Part shown: positions 1 to 10,590 of the stretch, piece after piece | Position numbering within the stretch: position 1 is the stretch's first letter | Layout: every line of letters starts with the position of its first letter | Assembly: GCA_963575745.1 (NCBI GenBank) | Contig: CAUYUJ010000015.1 | Location: forward strand, 372,001-436,000 | DNA length: 64,000 bases | Source: Prorocentrum cordatum | Taxonomy: Eukaryota | Direction: 5' to 3' | Position numbers and translations under genes: made by a program | Notes under the pieces: generated by a model | Told to the model about the DNA's origin: nothing | Seen by the model: only the letters and a program-made list of their open reading frames with translations | The model's database searches: none

Positions 1-1686
1 ACCTTCGTGGTGTAAGAGTTCACGTAGTAGCTCGTGTTGTGAGTATCCACGAAAGTGGCGAGCGCGTGCCGTTCCAGGTCGCACTGGAGATTTGCGCGCG
101 CAGCGTCGTCACCGTCCACGCTCGGGCTATCGCAGTCCGCGAGCTCCTTGAAGATCTCGTGCCAGCCGGTGACTACGACGAGGTCCCACTTCGCCTCGGA
201 CGTGGTGGTCAGGTGCTGGAACCATCCCCAGTCCTCCCGGGCGCCCACCGGGAAGTCAGGGTAGCGCTGAGGGTAGAGGCCGTGGTTGTAACTGTTGCGG
301 TGCTCCTCTTTCCCCGGCGGTTCCAGCTCCGACGCCTCCATCCACAGGCGCGGGGGCAGCACCCGTCTCATGTCCTGCACGTCCACGTTGCACCGCGCTG
401 AGACGAGCGCCGCGCACTTGGTGGTGGTCTCCCCGGGGTGGAGCTGAAAGGTGACGATGCGCCCGGCCATGCCGTAGTCCGTCTCCTGGAATATCCCGAT
501 GCAGCCACGCAGCGCCTTCCCGCGCGTGCGGAGCCGGCACTCCTGGGAGTCCCCCTCCTCGGGCCACGTGCACAATGTCACCAGGTTGTAGTAGTTGTGG
601 CGGCAGATCTGCGAGCCGCGCGTCTTGTCGGAATGGTACTTATAGCAGGAGGGGCTGCAGACGTGGATGCCGCAACCGATGACGAGCTCGCGCGCGTCGC
701 GGCACATCTCGCGAATCCACTCGTCGCTCGGGAGAGACTGCTCGAGGGTGCACCCGCTGCGGTACTTCGGGAAGATGCCGGAGGCGCTGCTGGAGAGCGG
801 CCGCTGCCATTGCCTCTTGCTCTCCGCGGCCTGCTGCTCTGTCCACGTCGCTTCGTCGTCCACGGTCTCGCCGGCCTTGTTGCGCAGCGGCAGATCGGGG
901 CGAATCGCCTTGTGATACACGTCCTCCCCTCGATTTGCGGTTTCTTTGGGATCGTTGATCCACAGCTCCTGCCGCTCGATTTCGCCCTCGGCCCCGAGCT
1001 GTTCTGCCGTGGCCATCTCCGCGTTCCCGTCGGCTCTAAAGTACCGCTTCTCGTTGGGCCCGAAGGGGAGCGGCGGCACCTGGACCCTGCACTTGTTCTC
1101 GCCCCCCTGCAGCTGCTGGGGCTGCATCTCCGCGGAGCTCTGCTGAGGGGCGACGACGGCCTGCACCACCTGCCGCATCCACAGGCTCAGGCGCTCCTGG
1201 AAGCGCGCCTGGTCGCGCTGCAGCATGTCCAAGAGCACGTGCAGCTGGCCCTGCAGCAGCCAGATGAGGATGTGCGGATGCAGCGAGCCGCGGCCCTGGG
1301 CCCCGACCGGCCCGAACGCCGCCGCGAGGGGGCCGAACACTGTGGGCGCGCCCATGAGATCGGCAGCGACGCCGTCGGAAACCCAGTGCTCCGAAGGCTT
1401 TTGAACTTCTCCTCGCCGCCACCCGACGGTCTCTGGGCGCAGGCCGAGGACGTGGACGAAGAACAGCCTCATCATCAGCTCGAACACCACGGACTGGCCC
1501 GTGGGGTCCTTTGCGATACGCTGCGACATCTCGCTGCACGTGAATCTCTCCGCCTCGTTCAGGTCGTTGTCGAAGTTGTACTCCTCCCCCTGCACGACGA
1601 GGATCAGGGGCTGCTTGGTGTCGGCCAGGTTCGGGGTGACGAACTGCACGGGTGGGCCAAAACGCAGGGTATACGCCTCGCCCTCG
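1..1686 (-). pseudogene. Helitron Rep (HUH endonuclease) domain, 3'-partial
   Basis: Frame antisense to the + ORFs 438..1745 and 39..401: EAYTLRFGPPVQFVTPNLAD, DPTGQSVVFE, GAQGRGSLHPHILIWL, YYVNSYTTK (YxxxYxxK). The frame appears to run off the edge, so it is absent from the ORF track; I spot-checked it for stops rather than checking exhaustively. Confidence 0.88.
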
Positions 1687-3876
1687 CAGCTCCCACCTGT
1701 GTCCATCGGACCCGACTAGACTGGCAGTGGCCTGGCCCAGGGTGACCAGAGCTTTCCGCACCTCGTTGGGGGTGTCCTTGTCCTTGAGGATGCCGTTCAG
1801 CGTGGCTTCCCCGGTCGTCTGCTGCGCCCTGAGCTACATCTCCCCGATCATCTCTGGCGTGATGTCCGCGCAGGCGCGGGCGGCCCCGAACGCCCCAGGC
1901 TGCTTCATGAAGGTGTAGGTGCTGTTGGTCGTCTCCGTGACTCTGTAAAAGGAGTGCAGCAGGTGCACGTCGTACCAGGAGCTCCGGAAACGATTGATGG
2001 GTTCGGCCTTGTACTTCTCCTTGTCGCCGGGCACGTCGTACTCCATCTCCTCCCGCGTAAGAAGGTTCCTGATGAAGTGCGCCACGCTGAAGCAGAGCCG
2101 ACCCTCCTTATCGCCGAGGCCCCAGGCGCAGTCCCCGTAGCAGAAGTCCGTGGGCCTGGCAATCGACCAGTACTTCGGATCCCACCAGGTCTCCGCCTTC
2201 TTTGAAGTGGGCACCACAAGCCTCGCCTTTCGCTGGCCGTCTGGTCCGGGCGGTTCCTGCAAGGAGCGCGGGTCGTCCTCGGCGGGAGTCCCCGCGACTC
2301 CTGCAGGTCGCGCCAGGTCGCCCGCGTCCTCCCTCGTCTGGCAGTAGTTCGTCTCCAGCGCCTGGACACGCCAGTGCAGCTTCGCCATGTCCTCCCCCGG
2401 GGAGATCTTCCGACAGCGCGAATGGAACTCCTTGCAAAGATCTCGCAGGCGGTGACGCCCGATCTCGTCCAGCTGCATCGCCCTGTCCTCGCCTCTCTGG
2501 TCCTCGAGCCTGGACATCAGCTCGTTGGCAACCACGCGCCCCGCCTGGCTCTCCATCCTCTCGAGCATGCCCTGGAGCGCCGGCAGGGGCGCGAGCTCGC
2601 TGACGTCGTCCATGTGGTCCTCGAGGACGGACAGCCACTTGGTCAGCTCCTGCGCGTCCTCGGCGGCCGCGCCCATCTCGGCCTGCCCGCCAGTGGTGGC
2701 CGAGGCGGGCCCCTGTGCCTGCGCGACGTCGTCCAACGCCGCGTCCGTGGGGATGTACTTGGCGCAGGCCAGCATGCAGTCGGGCACGCCCGGCTGCGAG
2801 GGAAACTGGTCCACGAAGTCCGATCGGTACTGCACGCCCGGGTCATTGTACACGTAGTTGTGTTGCTTCAACAACCGCGCCTGGGCGTCGTACTCCGCCT
2901 TGTCGACGTGCAACGCCACCTCCTCCCTCATGGCTCGCAGGGCCCTCTCTTGCTTCTGCTCCTCAGTCAGGGGGATGCCCTCGTCGTCGTCGTCCGCGCC
3001 CGCGAAGACGGCCACGAACGTGTCCCTGAGCGTGTCAGGCTCCAGCGGGAAGCTCCGCATCGCGTGGTCCACGTTCCCGTTCCCGAACACGATGGCGGTG
3101 CCCTGCATGGCGTACTGCAAGAACTTCTGCCTCCAGGACTGCTGCTCCTGCCGGACGGCCTTGTCGGCGCCCTTGCTGGACAGGTAGATCTTCGCGGACA
3201 CGACGCGGCCCAGCGCGAGCAGCATCTGGCGCGTCAGAGCGGCCTTCCTCAGCAGAGGGCGGTGGCGGCCCAGCCAGAGGTCGTTCACCAGTGCCATGAG
3301 CGGCACCTGGGGACGATCGGACCATTGGTTTTTCCGGCAGTCGTCGCACACTTTCACAGGCTCCTTCCCTTCGAGCGCCTCTGGCGGCACGCGCCTCTTG
3401 TGCAAGAGTATCTTCGTGGACGTCGGCGAGCCCTCGCTGTCTTCGTGCGGGAAGTCCACGGCCGACAACATCAGCTCCTCGTGCGGTATGAGGGGCCATC
3501 GTTGGTGATACCACTCGGCCGACAGGCATTCCGCGAACTTGGCCCGGTCCTTGATGGTGCACATGTCGCCGACGAGAAACTCCGAGTGGAGATTCTCGGA
3601 CCACTGCTGCATTGCGCAGCAGACGCAGGCCTGGAAAGCGCGGGGCTCCCTCGCCTGACACGCCGCCTGAGCGCGGGCTGCCGACTCCGCCGCTTTGGCC
3701 GTCTGCAGGGACGCATCCTCCGCGGGAGCCCCCTGTCCGATCTCGCCGACGATCCTTTCGATGATCGCCGCGTGCAGCAGCTGCTTCTGCACTTCCGATT
3801 CAAGCTTCGGGGCGAACGGCTCGTCCACGGGGTCGACGGTGGCGCAGCACTGGGAGATGTGGAACCTGCGAACCAC
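1687..3876 (-). pseudogene. DUF6570-like plus Helitron N-terminal region of the RepHel polyprotein
   Basis: CVCC..LLHKRRV..CDDC..PLMALVNDLWLGRH..LLALGR..GTAIVF, then PTDFCYGD and NRFR. The same frame continues past the premature stop at 1834 into ..VRKALVTLGQATASLVGSDGHR. Confidence 0.75.
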
Positions 3877-4033
3877 TTGCAGCGGGGGCGGGGAAACTGC
3901 CGCCCGACCCCCAGATCTCCGCTGCCAAACATGCCCGAAAAACTCCAAACCCCAATCGCCAGCGCTGGCAACGATAGCGCGAAGAGAATATCCGGGGGGG
4001 GGTCGAGCGCAGTTCTCCCTCCCGCCCGCTCGC

Positions 4034-6016
4034 CTGGCGCTCCTCGGTCGGCGACGGCTGGTAGGGCTCCAGCTCGCACCGCGCCACGTACTGCGACTGG
4101 TACCACCGCTGCCCCTCGTGGACCCTGTCCTGGCGCGCCTTGACCGCCTCCCTGTTGGGGAACTCGGCCTCGTACAAGCGGCAGGTATACTGCAGCGCAG
4201 GCGCGGGGCACTGAAACCGCTCAGAGCGATCCCGAAGGCGCGCAGGCATGGCCGAGTGCCGTGGCGGCCCGCGGTTGCAGGCTCTGCGCTGCCACGCCTC
4301 CGCCAGGTGCGCCCTCAACGGATTGCCGTCGCCCTGCGCCCCCGGCCCGTCGCCCGCCGCCATGCGGACCGCGGCCGACACGGAGTGCACGCCGCGGGCG
4401 GAGTTCAGGCGCTCGTCCAGGAGCTCCGCGACGTGGTGCATGTGCCACTCCCCGCACTCCAGTCGGCGCCTGGCGTCGGAAATCTCCTCCTCCGTGACCC
4501 CGAGCGCCTCCCGCAGCCTGCCTGCCAACTTGTTTGGCCGATCGGGGGCGCGCAGGAACGTCGCCCATCGGTTGGCGCAATCGTCGCCAGCGTAGACGAA
4601 GAAGTCTGGGTAATACTTCAGCAGGTCATCGGCAACGGCCAGCGGCTCCAGCAAGTGCAAGAGCAAGAAGAGGTCGCCGCACTCCCGGCGCGCGTCGCAG
4701 GCCGCCTGCAAGCTCTTCGCGTCTCTGCTGCTGCGCAGGACAGGGGCGGCGGCGTTGTTCTGGGCGTCCTGCCTAGACCCGTCGGCGTTGTCGCCCTTGC
4801 TCTTCGGCTTCCGCCCCTGCCGGAGCACGTCCTCTGGCTTGCATCCGCGCTTCTGGTCGTCGCGGCCATCGCGGCTCCGGCCGTCTTGCCTCCCAGCGCG
4901 GCTCTGCTGTCTCCCAGCGCGGCTCTGCTGCCTATCCTGCTGCCTCCCAGCGCGGCTCTGCTGCCTGCCAGCGCGGCTCTGCTGCCATCCAGCTGCGCTC
5001 TGTTTCCCTCGGAGGCGGAGGCGCTTCCTGGGAGGGGCGCCGCTCCTCGCGGACGCCGCGGGCCGCTTCCGCGCGCCCGACTGGCTGGCGTCGCCGGCCC
5101 CGCCACCCCCCCCATCCTCCTCGGGCGCTCCGTCGAGGCCGGGGCTGCCCTCGCCGTCCGCGTCGGCGTCGCCGTCGTCGCCCGCGCCTTCCGCGCCGTC
5201 GACGACAGGCCCGGGCGGCCACGGGCACGCCTCGGCGCAGGCCGCCCTGGAGTCCACCCTCTCAAGGAAGATCACGAAGGGCATCTTGTGCTCGGTGCCC
5301 GGCGCCCACTGGACCACGCGCGGCCGATCGCCCAGGTCGTCTGCAGTGTACCAGCTGCCGTCCTCCTCGAAGTGGGCCACGAAGTGGCCCTGGGGGTCAT
5401 TCAGGACGCGGGATGGGATGGCGTCCGATCCCTCGGGCAGGATGTACTGCACGTAGGCGCGCAGGCGGTATGCGACGTCTTCCTCCCCCGCCCTCAGAGC
5501 CACCACCGGGAGCTCGCCCCAGTAGGGCGCGATGTCGCAGCCGCCGAGGAAGAGCGCCGCGCCGTCGCCCCGCTCCCATCTCTGAGGCACGTGGACCGCC
5601 AACAACTCGGGCTTCGATTGCAGTCGCCCGCCCATGGAGGCGCCGCGGCGGAGCAGCTCTCGAATGTCCAGTGTCTGCGCGCCCCCGTCGAGGAAGAAGT
5701 CCTGCGGCGACAGGGCGTCGTCGCCGTCGTCTGCCCCGTCCACGAAAGCTGGCAGCCTCAGCATGACCTCGTCGCCGCATCCTGTCTGGAAGAGACGGCG
5801 GAGACCAGGCGTGTCGTCCACGACGAACGACAGCGCCTCGCTCGCGTCCCCGCACCTTCCCAGATTGAAATCCACCCAGTGCGTTCCGAGGAACGCGTCC
5901 ACGAAGGCGTGCGGGGACCAGCGGTCCACGCGAGCGGTCGCGGGCGGCGCGCCGCCGACGTCCTCCGCGGGCAGCGGCGCCCCGCGCACGCAGGCGCTCG
6001 CCAGGGCGCGAAGCTC
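4034..6016 (-). CDS. Predicted exon 2: C-terminal part of USP/peptidase C19-like domain, linker, degenerate C2H2 finger
   Basis: FNLGRCGDASEAL (QDAxE-like box), His box YRLRAYVQY..GHFVAHF..WYTADD..FVIFLER (His ~5384-5386), and YTCRLYEAEF..RQDRVH (decayed C2H2). Confidence 0.75.
4888..4990 (-). repeat. 21-bp coding tandem repeat (QQSRAGR)n
   Basis: Repeated gcctcccagcgcggctctgct units on the + strand. Confidence 0.8.
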
Positions 6017-6170
6017 CTCGAGAGGGGGGCGTGAAAACCCTGATGTGCGCCCCCCACCCCCCAGCCCCCGCGTCGCACGAGTCGCCTTCCTCGCCTTGCG
6101 GAGGAAGGCAGGGGCCGTGCCTGAGCGAAGACAATAACGAGATTTCCCGTGCCGTCCCCCACCCGGCGTC
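6017..6170 (-). other. Predicted GA-AG intron (154 nt)
   Basis: CAG|GACGCC...CTCTCGAG|GAG. Removal joins the USP Cys-box frame to the His-box frame (EPPIVQ|ELRALA). Confidence 0.75.
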
Positions 6171-7121
6171 CTGCACAATCGGCGGCTCGCCCTCACCCTC
6201 CGCCCCCAGGAGCGCGGCGCGCGCGGCGGGGCAGTGGAGCAGGCACTGCAGGGGCGCGTCGAGGTAGCAAGTGTTGAGCAAGTTCGAGAAGCTCGGGTAC
6301 GGGTGCTGGCCGCCGCGAGATCGATGCACGGCAGGCTGCCTCCAACGATCCTCGTCGTGGACGTCGTTCCCCTCGCACCAATGCTGGTGCAGCAGCAGCG
6401 GCGTCTGCTCTGCGCCCTCGGCTCGCCCATCCTCCTGCCTCGACTCCCGCTCGGTCTGCATCAGCTCGTCGATGCGCGCCTTCAATATCTGCGCCGATGG
6501 CTGCAGCTTGGTCGACCTCGCCCACCTGCGCCACCTTTTTGCCAGGTTTGCCTCGGGCCCCTTCTGGGAGGTGGGGCGCCGCGGCCAGCGGCCGCGGTCA
6601 TCGCACCAGGCCAACACGTCGCGGAACGTCGCGGCCGCGACGTCCCGTCGGCCTCCCGCCGTCCGAGGAGTCGGGCCTCGGCGGGGCGCCGTCCCGGGAG
6701 TCTGCCGGGAGCGGCAGCCCGCGGCCGAGGCGCCTGGCGTCCGCGGACCTCCCTTCAGGCCCGATGCTGGAGTGCCGGCGGCGGCTCTCGGCGCAGGGGA
6801 AGGACGGGGCGATGGTCCTCGTTTCCCAATCACTCGGCGCCGAGGGGGCACCTCCAGCTGGCGCCGCGGCGTTTGGGGGTCCTCCCCTGGCCCCTGCGCG
6901 TGGTCGGCCCGCAGGCGGCGGAGCTCTGCGCGCTGCCCCGTTTCCGGCATCCTCACGAGGCGAGCCTGATCCGCTGTGGCAGCGGCCAGGTCGTCGCGGT
7001 CAGGACCGTAGATGCAGGGCTCGCCTGCGGCCCGCAGCCGCACGCGGAAGGTCACTGCCCCACCTCGCTCCCTCTTGACCACATTGGTCCGACATCTCGC
7101 CCCGCTGCCTTTCGGCGGCAT
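6171..7121 (-). CDS. Predicted exon 1: AP2-like and HA-like DNA-binding motifs plus USP Cys box
   Basis: ATG at 7121 (MPPKG..); FRVRL..YGPDRDDLAAATAD (AP2-like); LAWCDDRGRWP..EANLAKRW (helicase-associated-like); FSNLLNTCYLDAPLQCLLH (Cys 6267-6269). Confidence 0.7.
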
Positions 7122-7600
7122 CCGCGCGGGACCCGCTGGCGCGCGGCGGAGGCCCGTTCGCGCGAGCCAGAGACCCCCCGACTCGGGAAGGTCGTCCCGC
7201 GCGGGGAGTCCCGTCCACGAGCGGGGGTTGTCCGTCGAAGATGGCGGCGGGCGCGCGCCAGAACGCGCGGCGGCGCCTGCTCGGGCCTTCATGTTTACGG
7301 ACACGGAAGGGGGGGGGGTCGCCGGATCTCGAGTGTCTCGAAAAACTCATAGCGAACGATTTCCCCCGCACAACTCGCAAAACCTGGGCTCCTCCCAAAA
7401 CCTGTGGAACCCTCCAATCCTGAACATTCCCCCGCACCCTCCCGAAACCTCTACAACCCTCCATCTATCCGAAACCTTCCGCACTGCTCCGAAAAACTCC
7501 GGAACCCTCCCAAACCCCTTAAACCCTGCGCACTCGTCTCAAAACCTCCAGACCCCACCCATCCCTCCGAAACCGTCCACCTCCGAAACCGAAACCGTCC

Positions 7601-7601
<1 letters not shown>

Positions 7602-7663
<62 letters not shown>

Positions 7664-7705
7664 GGGCGCATCGCGAGAGGTGAGGAGGCGGTCCTCCGTC
7701 CGTCA
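7602..7705. repeat. (GAC)n tract plus ~45-bp conserved flank, copy 1
   Basis: gagagggcgcatcgcgagaggtgaggaggcggtcctccgtcc recurs after the (GAC)n at 8394-8500. Confidence 0.75.
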
Positions 7706-7882
7706 AAAACGTACGCAAGGTCAACGATACTGGCCTCTGCCTGCATCATGGAGATTTCCTGGGAGCTCTGTTGGACAGTCTTGAGGCCGTCTTGGGCCAT
7801 CTTGGCACTGTCCTGGGTCGTCTCTGTGCCATCGTGGCTCAGGAGTACCGGAGTGCCGGAAAATCCGAGAATTCAGAGGAGT

Positions 7883-8320
7883 GCCGGAAAATCCGACTAT
7901 CGCACCCGACCTATACGATTTTGCACATGTCTGAGCCTCCTCGGACTCTCCAGGGGCTCTCCGGAGGACCTCTTGGAGCAGGAGGGTTAACGGGAACCGA
8001 AAACGAATAATCAGAAGAAGAACTGGAAATCCCCAGGAGCGCCGGAAAAATCGAATATGTCAAAATACTACACAAGTTATACGGTTTTACACATATGTGG
8101 GCCTCTTCGGTGCTCTCCAGGGGCTCTCCAGGGGGCGTCTTGGAACAGGAAGGGCAACGGGAGCCGAAAACGAGCAATGAGGAGAAGAATCGGGAGTCCC
8201 CACGAGCGCCGGAAAAAAACGAATATGTCAAAATAGTACAGAAGCTATACGATGTTACACAAGTGCGGGCCTCCACAGGGCTCTCCGAGGGGCCTCTTGG
8301 AGCAAGAAGGGCAACGTGAA
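7883..8320. repeat. ~160-167-bp degenerate tandem repeat, 3 copies
   Basis: gccggaaaa..cgaatatgtcaaaata..ctcttggagca units start at 7883, 8041 and 8208. Confidence 0.75.
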
Positions 8321-8391
8321 CCTGGCGCGGCAGGGAAGCAGGGGAGGAGGAGAGATAGTGAGGGAGACAAGGAAGGGAGACAGAATACGGG

Positions 8392-8393
<2 letters not shown>

Positions 8394-8461
<68 letters not shown>

Positions 8462-8500
8462 GATGGCATCGCGAGAAGTGAGGAGGCGGCCCTCCGTCCA
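8394..8500. repeat. (GAC)n tract plus conserved flank, copy 2
   Basis: Matches 7602-7705. Confidence 0.75.
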
Positions 8501-8720
8501 CCGGCCTCCCTCCTCCGTACTCTTTCCGCCGTCCTCCCTCCACCGTCCTCAGTCCTCCGCCATCCGTCCTCCATCCTCCGTCCTCTGTTTTCCTCCTCCT
8601 CCCCCTTCCTCCTCCTCCTCATATGGTTGGGGCCGAAAACAGAACGAAAAAACACAAGATAATTGCGTTAGTGGCCCCTTACCCACAGAACGCAATGTTG
8701 AGGGACTGGTTTCAGGCGCG

Positions 8721-9069
8721 GATGGGTTACCACACGCGCCCCAGACGCAAGGGTTTCCCCCTGCGCCCGATTCGGCCGACGATGGGTTACCACCGCCAGC
8801 CCGGACGCAAGGGTTTCCCCCTGCGCCCTATTCGGCCGACGATGGGTTACCACCGCCAGCCCGGAGACAAAGGTTTCCCCCTGACCCCGATTCGGCTGAC
8901 GATGGGTTACCACCGCCAGCCCGGAGACAAGGGTTCCCCCCTGACCCCGATTCGGCTGACGATGGGTTACCACCGCCAGCCCGGAGACAAGGGTTTCCCC
9001 CTGCCCCCGATTCGGCCGAGGATGGGTTACCACCCCCGGCCCGGACGCAAGGGTTTCCCCCTGCGCCCG
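8721..9069. repeat. 60-bp minisatellite, ~5.8 copies
   Basis: gatgggttaccac..gggtttccccctg..ttcggc with an exact 60-bp period. Confidence 0.95.
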
Positions 9070-9189
9070 GCCGCCGTCGTCCTCCTCAATTCCTGTTCCT
9101 CCTCCTCACATCATGGGTCGCGCGAGTCGCCCTCCGAAGAGCACAACGGTGACGACAGCTACGAGAACTGAATATTCGTTCGGTTTCGA

Positions 9190-9557
9190 ACATGAAGCTG
9201 CGGGCCCCACAGGCGCCCCGCATGCGGGCGCAGCCGCTGGGGCCTTCGATGGAGCTCCCTGTGGGACCACAAAACGTTCCTGGGTGGGGCCTTCGGTGGA
9301 GCCCTCTATGGGGCCGTCGGTGGAGCTCCCTATGGGGCCACGAAACGCTGCCCTGGGTGGGGGAACCGCATGCGGGCTGTGCCACTGGGGAGCTCCCTAT
9401 GGGGCTACGAAACGTGTGAGGGGTGTGCCGAGAGCAGAGGCAGGGAGGGGGAGGAGGGAGGAGGGCGAGGAGGGGGAGGAGGAGGAGAGGAGGTGGGACG
9501 CGGGGCGCTGTCTCTTCAAAACGAGGACCCAACACCACAGGATGGTTGGGAAAAAAC
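9190..9557 (+). mobile_element. Interspersed repeat of the 90-bp satellite family with conserved hairpin terminus
   Basis: ggagctccctatggggccacgaaacg units ending in TCTCTTCAAAACGAGGACCCAACACCACAGGATGGTTGGGAAAAA; the same terminus occurs reversed at 26950 and 31339. Confidence 0.75.
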
Positions 9558-10590
9558 ATGACCTCGTACGCGCACAAGTTTCGCATGTCGCACTTTCTGC
9601 GCAATGCATGCGCATGGGCCGAGTTGACCCGCAAGCAGTACGCGCAGCTTGAGTACCACTTCATACGCCATTTTCGTGCAGCAGTCGGCCTGCGTTACGA
9701 TGGCAGTATATTTCAGAATGCCCCTGGGCAGCATCTCGTTTTGCGCGCTGGACAGCTCCCAGTTGCGGTAGTGACCAGACCGAGGCGCCTGCGTTTGCTC
9801 CCTGGGCTGTTCGCTGCTGCTCCGCCCGTTTTGCTTCCCCTGCTTGACGAAGCGGCCCAGGTGGCTGGGACCTGGGCCGAGCTTGCGTGTCGAGACCTCC
9901 TTTGGCTCTCGCCTCCGGCCTCCGCTCCTGGGGCTGAGTGGCCTTGCGGGCCCCCCCCCTGGCGGGTCCGCCTGGCCGGAGACCTGGGCGCTCGCGGTTG
10001 GAAATGAGCTTGCCGCCGAGCTGGGCAAGCGAATTTTAGGTCTGAGTTGTCGCGGATGGCGCTCAGCGCTTGGCACGATGAGTTTCGCGATTCGAAGATC
10101 GCCAGAACCCCCTCTTTCGCGTTTGCCCCGCTTCTTTCCTTTGTTTGGCCATGCATGGACTGCGGTGCTGTCCTCGAGTCGCGGGCAGCGTTGGCCGTGC
10201 GCCGCACGAAGGCTCACCCAAGTCTTGATCCTGAAGGCCGTATCGCCAGAGGTACACGATGCCATGCATGTCTGTATGATTTCACACACGCGTACGCTTG
10301 CTCCAGCACTTGAGGCATGGTTCGCGCTGGTGTCTTGCAAACTCTTTGGCCGTCTTGTACCTGATGTCACATTGAGATTATGAGGCTGCCAAACTTGAGG
10401 ATGCGAGAGGGCAAGCGCGCGTCGCCGCCTGCGAAACGCGAGGATAGTTGACCTAGAAGAGTTTGCCGTTCACATCGCAGATGGCGGGAGCAGTGCTGCA
10501 GCAGCTTCGCGGGCCGAAGGGCCCACGCGACGATCTTCGACAGCGCGCTCGCCAGGAGGCCTATCCTCCCAGACCCTCAGCGGATTGAGT
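9558..10590 (+). pseudogene. Decayed 3' end of a non-LTR retrotransposon (post-RT region and C2H2 fingers)
   Basis: RRLRLLPGLFAAAPPVLLPLL..TWAELACRDLLWL, then CMDCG..SRAALAV..KAH and TRCHACLYDF..(RLLQHL), broken by frameshifts. Confidence 0.6.

Larger units (their letters stand above)
1..7121 (-). mobile_element. Helitron-like (Helitron2/Helentron-type) RepHel gene, disrupted; continues past the left window edge
   Basis: HUH motif AQGRGSLHPHILIW (~1260-1302), HVCSPSCYKY..CRH (~600-670), CNVDVQ and YYVNSYTTK (3-29) all lie in one minus-strand frame. Upstream are DUF6570-like and USP-like segments. There is an in-frame TAG at 1834-1836 and a frameshift near 1686. Confidence 0.85.

Noticed and set aside
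438..6034. Long + strand ORFs (438..1745, 2374..4143, 3695..6034)
   Set aside because: Antisense shadows of the GC3-rich minus-strand Helitron gene.
8721..9069. CRISPR-like 60-bp periodicity
   Set aside because: The entire unit is repeated, so there are no spacers.
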